Part shown: positions 13,201 through 24,243 of the stretch, piece by piece
Numbering within the stretch: the stretch's first letter is position 1
Layout: each line of letters opens with the position of its first letter
Assembly: GCA_000388065.2 (NCBI GenBank)
Contig: KB932211.1
DNA: 64,000 nucleotides
Direction: 5' to 3' (one strand)
Source of the DNA: Fonticula alba ATCC 38817
Taxonomy: Eukaryota; Protista; Nucleariida
Notes under the pieces: model-generated
The model's database searches: none
What the model saw: only the letters and a program-made list of their open reading frames with translations
Told to the model about the DNA's origin: nothing
Position numbers and translations under genes: made by a program

Positions 13201-14020
13201 CCGCAACGGCCAGGGAAAAGTCGCGCGTGATGGGCTCACTTCCTCTAAGGGCACCAGTTCTGCTTCTGGTGGAGTCCCATCACTGCACAACACCCTTAAG
13301 CAGCAGCAGCAGTCGTCCTCGCACATGATGGCCGGTGGCGCCTTTGAGGAGTACGAGTCCCAGCACATGTCGCAGCACCACCACCAGTCCCACGCTGGCG
13401 GAGCCGGCAAGGCGCAGCACGGTGGCAAGGGATCGGCCGCCCGCATGGGCGCCGGCCCGGCCGCCGGTCGCGACTTCAAGCTCCAAGGCACCGCCAGCGG
13501 GGAGAGCCCGATCATGACTAACACCGTGATCGTGGACTCCAGCGCCGCGCCGGCCAGCTTCGATGGCGGCAGCATGCACCACCACCACCAGTACCAGCAG
13601 CAGCAGACCAACAATTGGTCCTCCTCGCGGTCGGGCGGCGCTTCGCGCTCCCACGGCTCCCGCCGCACCACCAGCGGCAGCGCCCACTTGGCCGACTCCT
13701 ACCACCAGGGGGGCTCCGCCTCCTCCTCGAGCATGATGAACCAGCGCTATGAGTTCTCCCCATCCGGCACCTCGCGGCACCAGCAGACCGGCGGCTCGTC
13801 GTCCATGCGCGGCGGCAGCGGCGGCCAGCAGCACTATGCCGCCGCCCGTGGAGGGAGGTCCTACGACCACTATGACACCATGACCGGTGACCATGGCGGC
13901 GGCGGCGGCGGCGGCGGCGGCCAGCACCATCCCCAGATGTCGGCCGAGGGCCAGGCCCTGCGTGAGGCTCTTCTGGAGCAGGTCCGCAGCCACCCCTTCT
14001 CGCATGATGATCACCATTGA
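10061..14020 (+). CDS. Endophilin-like N-BAR domain protein with long His/Ser/Gly-rich low-complexity C-terminus, 1136 aa, 3 exons
   Basis: Exons 10061-10087, 10354-10434, 10718-14020 (3411 nt). MSFKEKVKK-WGYRKAG...IEFQALEM...LLGRMMINCGCELPEDSNYGNTLIKAGAAMERVG...FVRPLVKVLDEDVRLFEHERRKLDDRRSEFES matches the endophilin/Gvp36-type BAR pattern. No SH3 seen. Confidence 0.75.
10212..10314 (+). repeat. (CTG)n microsatellite followed by (CTCGCG)n in intron 1 of the BAR gene
   Basis: About 60 nt of CTG repeats with two TTG interruptions, then CTCGCG units. Confidence 0.9.
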
Positions 14021-15256
14021 GTGTGGTGCAGGCGGGGGAGAGCCGGCTTGGTGTGTTCGTGCCGGAGCCGCGCGCCGCCACGGCGGCTGCTGTAGCCCCC
14101 CCCCCCTCTGGATGTGAGATAAGGGCGCATGTGTGCGGGGCGCGCCCCGCGCCATGTGCGCGTGGCTATGTGGAGAAGTGCACACGGGGGACCACACGTG
14201 TGTCCGTGTGCGACCCTGTCGCGTGCATGCGCCTCTCCCCCCCCCCCTCCCGCATCTCCCTCTCCCTGCGCCTGTGCTTTCCCCCCTCTACCAAGGGGGA
14301 GAGAGCGGCAGAGCCGCGCGGGGGGTCATGTGTGTGCGGAATGTGGGGGGGCGAGAGGGAGAGACATTCGGCGCGTGTGCGTGCGATGCACCGTGAATGT
14401 GCTTTTTTGTGTGGCACCAGGGGAGTACCTCGGCCCGGGGAGAAAGACGCGGAAGATGAGCAGGGGAGCGGTGGGGAGGGGTGCTGTGTGCCCCCGAGAT
14501 GTGGCGGACCTCCCTCCTCCATCCCCCCCCCCCTCTTCCCTCTCTCCCTCTTGGGAGAATGAGCGAGAGAGAGGGGGTCGAAAGACAACAAAGAGACGGG
14601 ACGTCCCTCCACGCTGTGGCAGACGACAAGAGGGCCGTGCGCCTTGTGTGTGTCTCGGTGCCGCGTTGTGGGAGGGGATTGCCCCCCCTCTGCCACCCTT
14701 TTTTCCCCTCTCCATCTCGCCCTCTCGATGTCGCGCGCATGTACGGCCCCCTCTGCTGTCCTCCTGTGTGAGGGCGCGCGCGCACCTCACGTGTAAAAAT
14801 AAATATGTGTTGCAAGACGAGTTGTCCCTCGCGCATACGGGGGGGGGGGGGGGGGGGGGACAGCCGGCACGGAGCCATCCGGAGGCAGGGGGGGGGGGGC
14901 GACAGCAGCCCGGGGGAGAGAGAGAGAGGGGGGGGGGGGGAAAATGCGGCTGGGGGGGGGGGGGGCCGGAGGGAGGGGGGAGGGGGGCGCCGGGGGGGGG
15001 GGGGGGGAACGTAATGAAGAGACGGGGGGCTTGGGACATATATGCGCCGACGGGGGAAGCGGGACGTGGGGGTGGGAGAGAGGGAGACTCACGGCTGGAC
15101 ATGGAGAGAGGGGAGAGTGTTATTGTGAAATGGGGGAGGGGGATCTATGCTGCTGGCTGGGACACAGCTGGGGCGGCAGGGGCCCCAGCCTGTGTGACAT
15201 CCCCTGCAGGGGGGACGGGCCGGGAAAGGGAGAAAGATGGCAGGCGAGCAGGTGGC

Positions 15257-16467
15257 CTAGAAGCCAGCGGCATCGAAGGCCTTGGCCAGCTGCTCGGCGG
15301 CCTCCTTGCTGGCGACCGGCTTCTTCGGCAGGGCCACGGTGAAGACCACCTCCAGGAAGCCGCGCTCCGAAGCACCACCCTCGTGCACCGGCAGACCGAG
15401 CCCCGGCAGGCGCATGCGCTCATTGTGCTGGACCGGGGCGACGGTGGCCCCGGGGCCGGCCGGCTGCCGGGAGACCTTGAACTTACTGCCATCCAGGTGG
15501 GTGAACTCCTTGTCGAAGCCGAGGAGCGCCTCGCGCAGGGTCAGCTCCACATTCATCAGCAGGTGGGGGGCCTTCTTGATGGGCCGCTCGAAGAGGGGAT
15601 GCGGCTCGGTGGATAGCTTGATGAGCAGGCTACCGGGCATGTGATCGGGGTGGAAGTCGGCCTGCGAGTCGAAGGTCTGCGTATGCCGGGGCATTGGGAG
15701 GGGGGAGGGATGAGTGTGTGTGTGTGTGTGTGTGTCAGAAGCTGCCTGTGTGAGGCACATCAGAAAGAGGAGGAGGAAGAGGAAGAAGAAGAAGGACACT
15801 CATGTGGGAGAACGGCTGGAGGGGGAGGGGGGAGGCAGCCAAACGCACCACCATGTGCCCGTCCGGCACGCCGGGCTCGACAGTCAGAACGATGCGACGC
15901 TCGCCGCGCTCAACGCGCTTGCCGCCGCACGCGGCACAGGTTTGGGTGATGACGCGGCCGCGGCCGGCGCATGAACGACACGTTTGCCGGCGCTGGATGA
16001 ACATCCCCGGGGCCACTTGCTCCTGGCCAACGGTGGAGCCCTGGCCCTTGCAGACCTTGCATTCGCCCACATGCTCCGGGGACTTGGCCCCGGTGCCGGA
16101 GCACTTGGGGCAGGCGTGCTGCTGGTTCAGCAACAGCGGGATCTCCCGGCCGGAGAAGATGTCCGCCAGGCTGACTGGCACCTCAATGTAGGAGTCCGGG
16201 CCCTTGGGGATGCCACCGCGGGCCCCATGGGCGTGCCCATGGCCCTGGTTGTGACCGAACATGCCGCCGAAGAAGCCGAACGGATCCCACATGCCATCGC
16301 CACCGCCGCCCTGCTGCTGCTGCTGCTGCATCTTGGTGAGGCCCTCCTCGCCGTACTGGTCGTAGACGGCCTTCTTTTCGGGGTCGTTGAGGATCTCGTA
16401 GGCTAGGGGCGGGGAGGGGGGGGGGGGGGGGGGGGGGGTTTGGGGGGCGGGGGGGGGGGGGGGGGCG

Positions 16468-16527
<60 letters not shown>

Positions 16528-17042
16528 GGAAGGGATTAGCTGACGCCGTGAGGAGGGGCGGGAAAGGGGCAGGGGGAGGATTGCCGCCACATACCGGCAT
16601 TAATTTGCATGTATAGCTCGGCGGCGGCGCGATCGCCGGGGTTCTTATCCGGGTGGTACTCGCGGGACTTGGCGCGGAAGGCTGGACACGGTGCGAAGGG
16701 CGGACAGGGAGCGGGGCGGGAATCAGCATGCGGACGGGGAGCGGGGCGAGCGGAATACAGGGCCGGGCAGCCATGGATGCGGGGCTCCTCCGGGCCGGCC
16801 TGCGGGCGCGCGCCGGCTCCAGGACCCGCACGCGTGCCAGGCCCACCACAAGCAAACGCACCCTTCTTGATGTCGGCGGCCGAGGAACCACGGCTCACGC
16901 CAAGCAGCGCATAGTAATCTGCTCCCTTGGCCTGGGCGACGTCGGCCTGCAGGGCCAGCAGGGCCAGCATGCCCAGGACAAGGAGCACGCTCAGGGACAG
17001 CAGGCGCCTCGCGCCGCCGAAGGGCGACATTGTCAACGACAT
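15257..17042 (-). CDS. ER-lumenal type I DnaJ/Hsp40 co-chaperone (Scj1/ERdj3-DNAJB11-like), 413 aa, 4 exons
   Basis: Exons 17042-16862, 16681-16595, 16402-15849, 15676-15257 (1242 nt). Hydrophobic signal peptide (LLSLSVLLVLGMLALLALQA), J domain DYYALLGV...YHPDKN...AYEILNDPEKKAVYDQYGEEG, G/F region, four CxxCxGxG-type repeats, C-terminal substrate domain LTLREALLGF. Confidence 0.9.
16405..16526. repeat. Long interrupted poly-G (poly-C on the sense strand) tract in DnaJ intron 2
   Basis: More than 100 nt that are almost entirely G. Confidence 0.85.
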
Positions 17043-18689
17043 CTCGCTTTTCCTCAGATGGATCCCGCCGGGGTGGGTGGATGTGCTTTGCGGCCAGGCG
17101 CGCGCGCGGGAGGGGGGTGGGGAGGAGGAAAAAGGGGAAAAGTGCGGGGGAGGGGGCGGAGGAGGAGGGAAGGAAGAGTAGGTGGGGAATGGCGGCCTGG
17201 GGCCGGGCCCGGGCCGGGCTGGTCGGCGCCCTTTTTGCCGGCGCCCCTGTGCGGACGCGCCAGGGCCCGCCGCCAGGCAGGACCGACTCCCCACTCTCGT
17301 CGGGCGAGGCCGCCGGGCGCCGCCGCCACCGCCGCCGCTAGGGACCAGTGGTCTCAGGGGGGAGGGGGGATGCCCCTGGACTCTGGGAGATCACCCCCCT
17401 CTCCCCTTGGCGGATCTCCCACCGGAGAGGCCACTGGGGGGACGATGGCCCGGGCGAGGCGTCACCGAGTCGGCCCGACGCCGGTCCCCCTCCGACGCGA
17501 ATGTCAGGACGCATCGGACCCCGCGGCTTGACGCCGGTCGCCCGGTCGCCTCCTCCCCGAGGCCGGGCTCGCCTCTCGAGCGCGAACGGCGAAACGAACA
17601 ACACCCAAACACTTCGACGGCCCTGGGAACATCCGTCGCCGGGGCGCCCCCCGTGGAGCGGGCCCCGGGGATACTCGGCGCGCGGATGTGTGAATGTGCC
17701 GCAATGTGCGCGAACGCGCGCCCCCCCCCCCCCGGAAGGCGGCTCCTCGCAAGGTGTTTTATTTTTTTCCCCCCCAGGGCCAATCATCCGGCTCCATCTG
17801 TAAAAGGGGTCAGGCGTGATGTGACCCCCTTGGGCGTGACCCCGTGTCGTGTGATACCCCCTGCGCGAGGTGCCGCCTCATGGGGCCTTTGGGGGCGTCC
17901 TGCCTGTGCGCCGCCGCCGCGCGGCGACCTGACTCGCGGACACCGGGCAAGTGGCCTGGCGCAGGCGCCAGCCGGCCGACCCAAGTTATCCTGGGCAGGC
18001 TGCCCCGGCCAACGCGGCCTGTGGGGGAACCGGTTGAAGTCATTGTGGTGTTAGAGCCCCGCGCCGGCGCGGGGCAGCCAGCGCAACGTGCTGATCGCCC
18101 AACCCCCGGCGTGTCCCCCACCGGACGGTGCTGGAAGGAAGGCCACGAGAGGGGCCGGCCGGGCGGAAGCCATATGCAAATGACACTGGACAGGCCGGAC
18201 TGGGCCAGCGGGAGCACCCGGCCCAGAGGGAGCTCGATCTGGCCCGGGCGCGCTCCACCAGCCGTGCCCACTGCGCGGCGACGGATCGGCGCGGGGCCCA
18301 TCATGCCCCTCTGGCGATGGGGCGGGCTGGATGGGGGCGGGAGGGGGGGGGAGGGGGGGGGGGGGCGACACGAGCTGAACCCTGTTCGCCCGGAGAAGGA
18401 TTACCTGATGTCCTCGGCCGCCCCAATCCGGGGGCAACGGCGGTGGCGCAGGAGGCCATCTTAGCATCTAGCACGCGCGCGTCCCTCCCCGCGCGCCTCT
18501 CCCACTCGCACCGTCTCCGGTGCCCGAGCCCACACATGCGCCCCGGGCTCAAGAGGCACGATGGTGGGAAGGTGGCCGCCCGGGCGGAAGGGGGGCAACC
18601 CCTTTCCACTCCCCCTCCCTGCCACTTTCGCTCGCCTCCCTTTGTGTCCCTACGCATCGACATAGACACATCCATATACATACCTCGCC

Positions 18690-19052
18690 ATGACGTCGCA
18701 CAGTGCCCCCCATCATCCGACTGGTAGCCCGCTCACAGGGTTCCCCGTGCCCCAGCTCGCCGTTCCGGGCGTGGCTCCCGGGGCCACGCGCCAGGAGTCC
18801 GACACCATGGGCTCGGTGCGAATCCATCGCCGCGCTTTGCTTGCATGCCCCCTTGTCGCCGGCTGAAGGCTAACCCCGGTGACCGCTCTCGCCTTCGCTT
18901 GTGCCCATGTCCCTCGCTCGCCGTCCCGCCGGCGGTCCCCAGATTGCCGTTCCCGCGGACCGGTATTGGGGCGCCCAGACCCAGCGGTCGCTGGACAACT
19001 TCGCCATCGGCAACGATGTCTTCCCACGGGGTGCGCACCGCGACACGGGCAA

Positions 19053-19108
<56 letters not shown>

Positions 19109-20552
19109 GCACGCACGCACGCATGCGCCAGCGGGGGGGGCCTCCTGCCGGATACTGACCTTTGTTTGTCCTTTGCCGCAGAGATGATTCGTGCGCTGGG
19201 CATCCTGAAGAAGGTTCGTACTTCGCCGCCCGATGCTCGGCCAGCATGTGCCCTCATATTGACCCTGTGCCGGTCCTCGGCCCCGGCCCCTTTCGCCCTT
19301 TTCCCCCCCTGGCTTTGCAGTCGACGGCCATCACCAACGCCAAGCTCGGCCTGCTGCCGCAGAATCTGGCGGACCTGATCATTGCGGCGGCCGACGAGGT
19401 GATCTCCGGGCAGCTGGACTCGCACTTCCCGCTGAAGATCTGGCAAACCGGCTCCGGGACCCAGACCAACATGAACACCAACGAGGTGATTTCCAACCGA
19501 GCCATCGAGGCGGCCGGCGGTGTGCTTGGCTCCAAGAAGCCGGTCCACCCGAATGACCACGGTGCGCGCAGCATGTCACCTCACCTTGGTCCGGGGGCCG
19601 CTGTTTGCTGACTGCCCTTGTCGCGGCTTCCCGGACGCAACGTCCCCTCCCCTCGGCACCCTCAGTCAACATGAGCCAGTCCTCCAACGACACCTTCCCG
19701 ACGGCCATGCACATTGCCGTGGCCGAGCAGGTCCATCACAAGCTCCTGCCCGAGGTGCGCCTGCTGCTGGCGGCCATCCAGCAGAAGGTCGAAGGTACGC
19801 GTGCATATGTGTGGGTCATGCGTGTGATGCTGTTGCCGCTGCTGCTGCTGCTGCTGCTGCTGTTGTTGTTGCCGCTGCTGCTGCTGTTGCCGCTGCTGCT
19901 GCTGCTGTTGCCGCTGCTGCTGCTGCTGCTGCCGCTGCTGCTGCCGCTGCTGCCGCTGCTGCTGCTGCTGCTGTTGCCGCTGCTGCTGCTGTTACCGCTG
20001 CTGCTGCTGTTGTCGCTGCTGTTGCTCTGCTGACGATGATGATGATCTCGCCGGCCCCCTATGCTCACCTCCCTCTCCCCGCCCCCTGCTTTTGCCGGCC
20101 CAGCCTTCCAGCACATCATCAAGATCGGCCGCACCCACCTGCAGGATGCCACCCCTTTGACCATGGGCCAGGCGTTCAGCTCGTTTGCCTCGCAGCTGGA
20201 GCAGGCCCTGCACGCGATCGAGGTGAACCTGACCGGGGTGCTGGCGCTGGCCATCGGCGGGACGGCCGTCGGGACGGGGCTCAATGCGCCGGTTGGCTTT
20301 GCAGAGGGCGCCGCGGCGGCCATCGCCGCCGAGACCGGGCTGCCATTTGTGAGCGCCCCCAACAAGTTTGCCGCCCTGTCCGGGCATGAGGCCCTGTCGG
20401 CCCTGCACGGGGGCGGCCTGCGGACGCTGGCCGTGGCCCTGACCAAGATCGCCAATGACATTCGCCTGCTGGGATCCGGGCCGCGGTCCGGCCTGGGGGA
20501 GCTCAACCTGCCGGCCAATGAGCCCGGGTCGTCCATCATGCCGGGCAAGGTG

Positions 20553-20592
<40 letters not shown>

Positions 20593-20769
20593 AGGTTCTG
20601 GGCAATGACGCGGCCGTGGCCATCGGCGCCATGAACGGCCACATGGAGCTGAATGTGTACAAGCCGCTGATCCTGCGCAACGTTCTGGAGTCCACGCGCC
20701 TGCTGGCCGACAGCATGCGGTCCTTCCGGGTGCATTGCGTTGAGGGTGCGTGCTGTGGGCAGCTGGCTG

Positions 20770-20807
<38 letters not shown>

Positions 20808-21245
20808 CCTTTCCGAAGAGAGCCCACCATGCCTTCTCCCTCCTGCCCATTCCCCTTGCCTGTGCCCTGGTTGTCCTTGGTGGCCTGCATGGGCCCCATG
20901 CGTGGCCTCTTCCTGGCATGGGGGCACTCCTGCTCCCCCTTTGCTTGCTCTCTCTCTCCATGTCTCCCCCCCTTCCCTCCCTTACACACGCACACACACA
21001 CACCTCCAGGTATCACCGCGAACGAGACGCGCATTCGCGAGCACCTCAACAACTCCCTGATGCTGGTGACCGCCCTGGCGCCGCACATTGGCTACGAGAA
21101 GGCCGCCGCCATCGCGTATCGTGCCTTCGAGACCGGCGGCACCCTGCGCGCCGTGGCCATCGAGGGGGGCTATGTCACCGGCGAGGAGTTCGACCGCTGG
21201 GTCGACCCGGCGGCCATGTGCGCCCCAGGCGCGGGCAACGCATGA
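18690..21245 (+). CDS. FUM1: Fumarate hydratase class II, 497 aa, 7 exons
   Basis: Exons 18690-18815, 18943-19030, 19182-19213, 19321-19561, 19666-19794, 20104-20745, 21010-21245 (1494 nt). [53 protein letters not shown] and signature [13 protein letters not shown]. Confidence 0.97.
19056..19123 (+). repeat. (CA)n plus (GCAC)n microsatellite in fumarase intron 2
   Basis: Direct reading of the sequence. Confidence 0.9.
19830..20026 (+). repeat. Compound trinucleotide repeat (CTG)n punctuated by TTG-CCG in fumarase intron 5
   Basis: About 195 nt of CTG runs with recurring TTGCCG or CTGCCG punctuation. Confidence 0.9.
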
Positions 21246-24243
21246 AAGGCAGGCCACCGCGCCCATGCGCGGTGCGCGCCATGATGCCGCACTGCCCCCT
21301 TGCCCCAGCCCCGCCGAACAAGGGGCCACAAGAAGAGGACACGGCTGTGTGGGAGACACTTCGATATGCCATTTTTTTTCCCCCTCCACTCCCACCCTCT
21401 TTGCCCTCTTCTCTCCCCATCTGTCTTTGGCCTCGCCTGGTGGAAAGGTCACCGAGGGGAGGGGCCAGACTGCCTCCTGCTCCCTCCTCGCCGCCGCCGC
21501 CGCCGCCGCCTGCACGGAGAAAACAGCGGTGTTCCACCAAATACACCTGTCCCCGGATTCCGCGTTTGCGTGACCATGGTCATGATGGTGGTCGCGTGAT
21601 CTTCTCAGAATGCGCGCCCAGGGCGGCACGCCGCAAGCGCGTTACCGCCTCTGACCGCCAAGAGAAGAGAGGTGCATGCTTTGTGGCGTGGGCGGGGGGA
21701 GAAACAGGAAATCGCATTGCNNNNNNNNNNNNNNNNNNNNNNNNNNNNNNNNNNNNNNNNNNNNNNNNNNNNNNNNNNNNNNNNNNNNNNNNNNNNNNNN
21801 NNNNNNNNNNNNNNNNNNNNNNNNNNNNNNNNNNNNNNNNNNNNNNNNNNNNNNNNNNNNNNNNNNNNNNNNNNNNNNNNNNNNNNNNNNNNNNNNNNNN
21901 NNNNNNNNNNNNNNNNNNNNNNNNNNNNNNNNNNNNNNNNNNNNNNNNNNNNNNNNNNNNNNNNNNNNNNNGGGGGGGAATGCTGCTGCGGCGGGGGAAC
22001 GAGGGGAGATATCCGCGCCCGGGTGAATATCCCCGGGGGGAATGCCGCACCGGGAAGACACGGCGGCCAGGATGGCGGGCTCACGCCACCGAGGGGACCG
22101 AGGGCGGGGGCCTCACCACTGCATGCGGCTGTTTACGCCCGGGGGGTATGGGTGGGGGTGTGGGCGCGCGCTCGGCGCCCCGACCGGGGCACACATACCT
22201 GGCCACCGCCAGCCCCAATGCGCCGGCTGCCCCCTGGGCCCGGGTGCGGCTGCGTGCGATCTGGCCGATCACGGTCGGGAGGGGGACCAGGCCGTTTTCC
22301 CCCCCCCCCGCCCCCCCTCTTCCCGCCCGAGGCCCGGCGGTCGCTGCTTAGCCACCGCCCGCGTGAGTTGGACCGGCGACGCGACCAGCCGGACGAGAAG
22401 GCCGGGAGGGAGAGGCAGGCCGCGAGGCAGGCAGGCGCCAAAGGCAGAGCCTTCCTGTGCACACCACCAAGCGGTCACTCGCGGGTGGTGGTGCGTCCGG
22501 GGCGCGAGTAATGCCGGCACGCAATATGCGAGCCGTGGACACACAATCGAGTACGGACGCTTTCTCGGAAGGCGGGCCCCTGTGCGAGCGCGCGGGCACG
22601 CTCCGCCCCCCCCCCCCTCCCCCCCCCCGGAGGGGGAGATCAACTAGCTGGCCGCACGCGCGAACACACGCCCCGGGGGCGCTCACGGTCGCCACCGGCT
22701 GTCGGGGGCGGTCTGTGGCTGCTGGGGGTAGCGGCGGCCGGGAATGCCCACAAATGTCCCCTGCTTCGGTCCCGGCGCGGGTGGACAGCCGGGACGCTTC
22801 TGACGTCCCCACCCCTGCGCGGCTGTTTCACATCCCGGCTTCGGCCCGGGCGTGCCGGGCGAACTCGGGAGAAGCCCGGGCATTTTTCCTCCCTGCCCCG
22901 CGCTGCCGGTCACCACCCTCGGGGGCCCCTGAGGGCGGAGGACGCCCAGCGCGCCGGGCGGGCACACGGTTGTCCCCACCCACGCCGTGCACGCCCGCCC
23001 CGCCCCCCCCCCCCTCCCCAGGGCCTGCTGCCAGGACCGTGAGCGAGAGAGGGACAGCGGGCGTCACCCGCGGCGGGACGGTGACTGGGGGTCCCTTGCG
23101 GTCGGTCTCTCCGTGGGGGGTGGTGGAGGGGGGCAGGGCGTTTAGGTCGCCCCGGAGCGCCGAGCCGCCGGACCGCGGTCCAGCTCCCCGGGGCCCGGCC
23201 CAAGGCCCCCGCCTCGACCGCAGGGGGCCGACCGGGCGCTCCGCCCCCACCGCACCGAGCGCCTGGGCCGGCCCCGAGCGCCGAGGGGCAGCGGAACCTG
23301 CCTGCTCGGGATTAGTGTACCCTTCCCCCCTGCCCCCGGACGGGGGGGCGATGGCAGGTGTTCCTCTTGCTCCCCCGGGCATCCGACCGGCCCGCGCGGC
23401 GCGTTCTGGCCTTGTGTTTTTTTCCCGGCCAGCGGGATGGGCCTCGGGGCCGGACGAGGTGTCTCCGTGAGCGGCGATCCGCGCCCGCGAGAGCGATCCC
23501 CCCTCCCTCCCCCGGGGGCGCGTCCCAACGGGGCGCGGTGGGCGTCTCTGCCGCACCGACAAAAGGCGGGCAGGGCCCGTGCCGAAGTTTGGTTCAGGGC
23601 CCGGGGAAACGCGATCCGAATTCCCTCCATGCCCCCCCCCCTTGGGGGGCGGGGGCGGGGGCCGCGGGCTACCACTGGCCTGTGCCCTCCCGGGGGCGTA
23701 CACACCCGCGGACGGGCGGAGTATGTGAGTATGTGAGTATGTGCGTGCGCGCGAGCGATCCTGCGACTTCGTGCGCATGCGCCCCCCCCCCCCCGGTCCT
23801 GGGGTTAATACCCCTTGCAGACCCGCGCGCCGTCCCCCTCCGTCTCCCCCAGGCACGCTGAGACATTCCGCAGAGGGACGGGCCGGCTCACGGCCAGGCG
23901 CCAGGCGGGTGTGTGTGCCGCGCATGCGCTTGGGCCCCTGGCAAGCCCCTTCGCCTGGCCGGGCGCACACCAGGAACCGGCGGGGAGAAAAGCCGCGCTC
24001 GTACGGACACGCGTCCCCGGTCGGCCGGCAATCTACCTCCCCACACCGCCGCCGCCGTCCCCCTTTTGCCGTGTCAGCCCTTCACCTGCCTCCGGCTCCC
24101 GGTCTCCTCTCGCCCCCCGCCCCCTCTCGGCCCCTTTTTGCTTGCCCGCCTGCCTGCCTGCCTGCTTCCCCCTGCGCCCCAACCCCCCGCCCCTCCCCCG
24201 CCCCTGGACCACCTCCTCCCTGAGCCGGCGCCGCGTACACACC

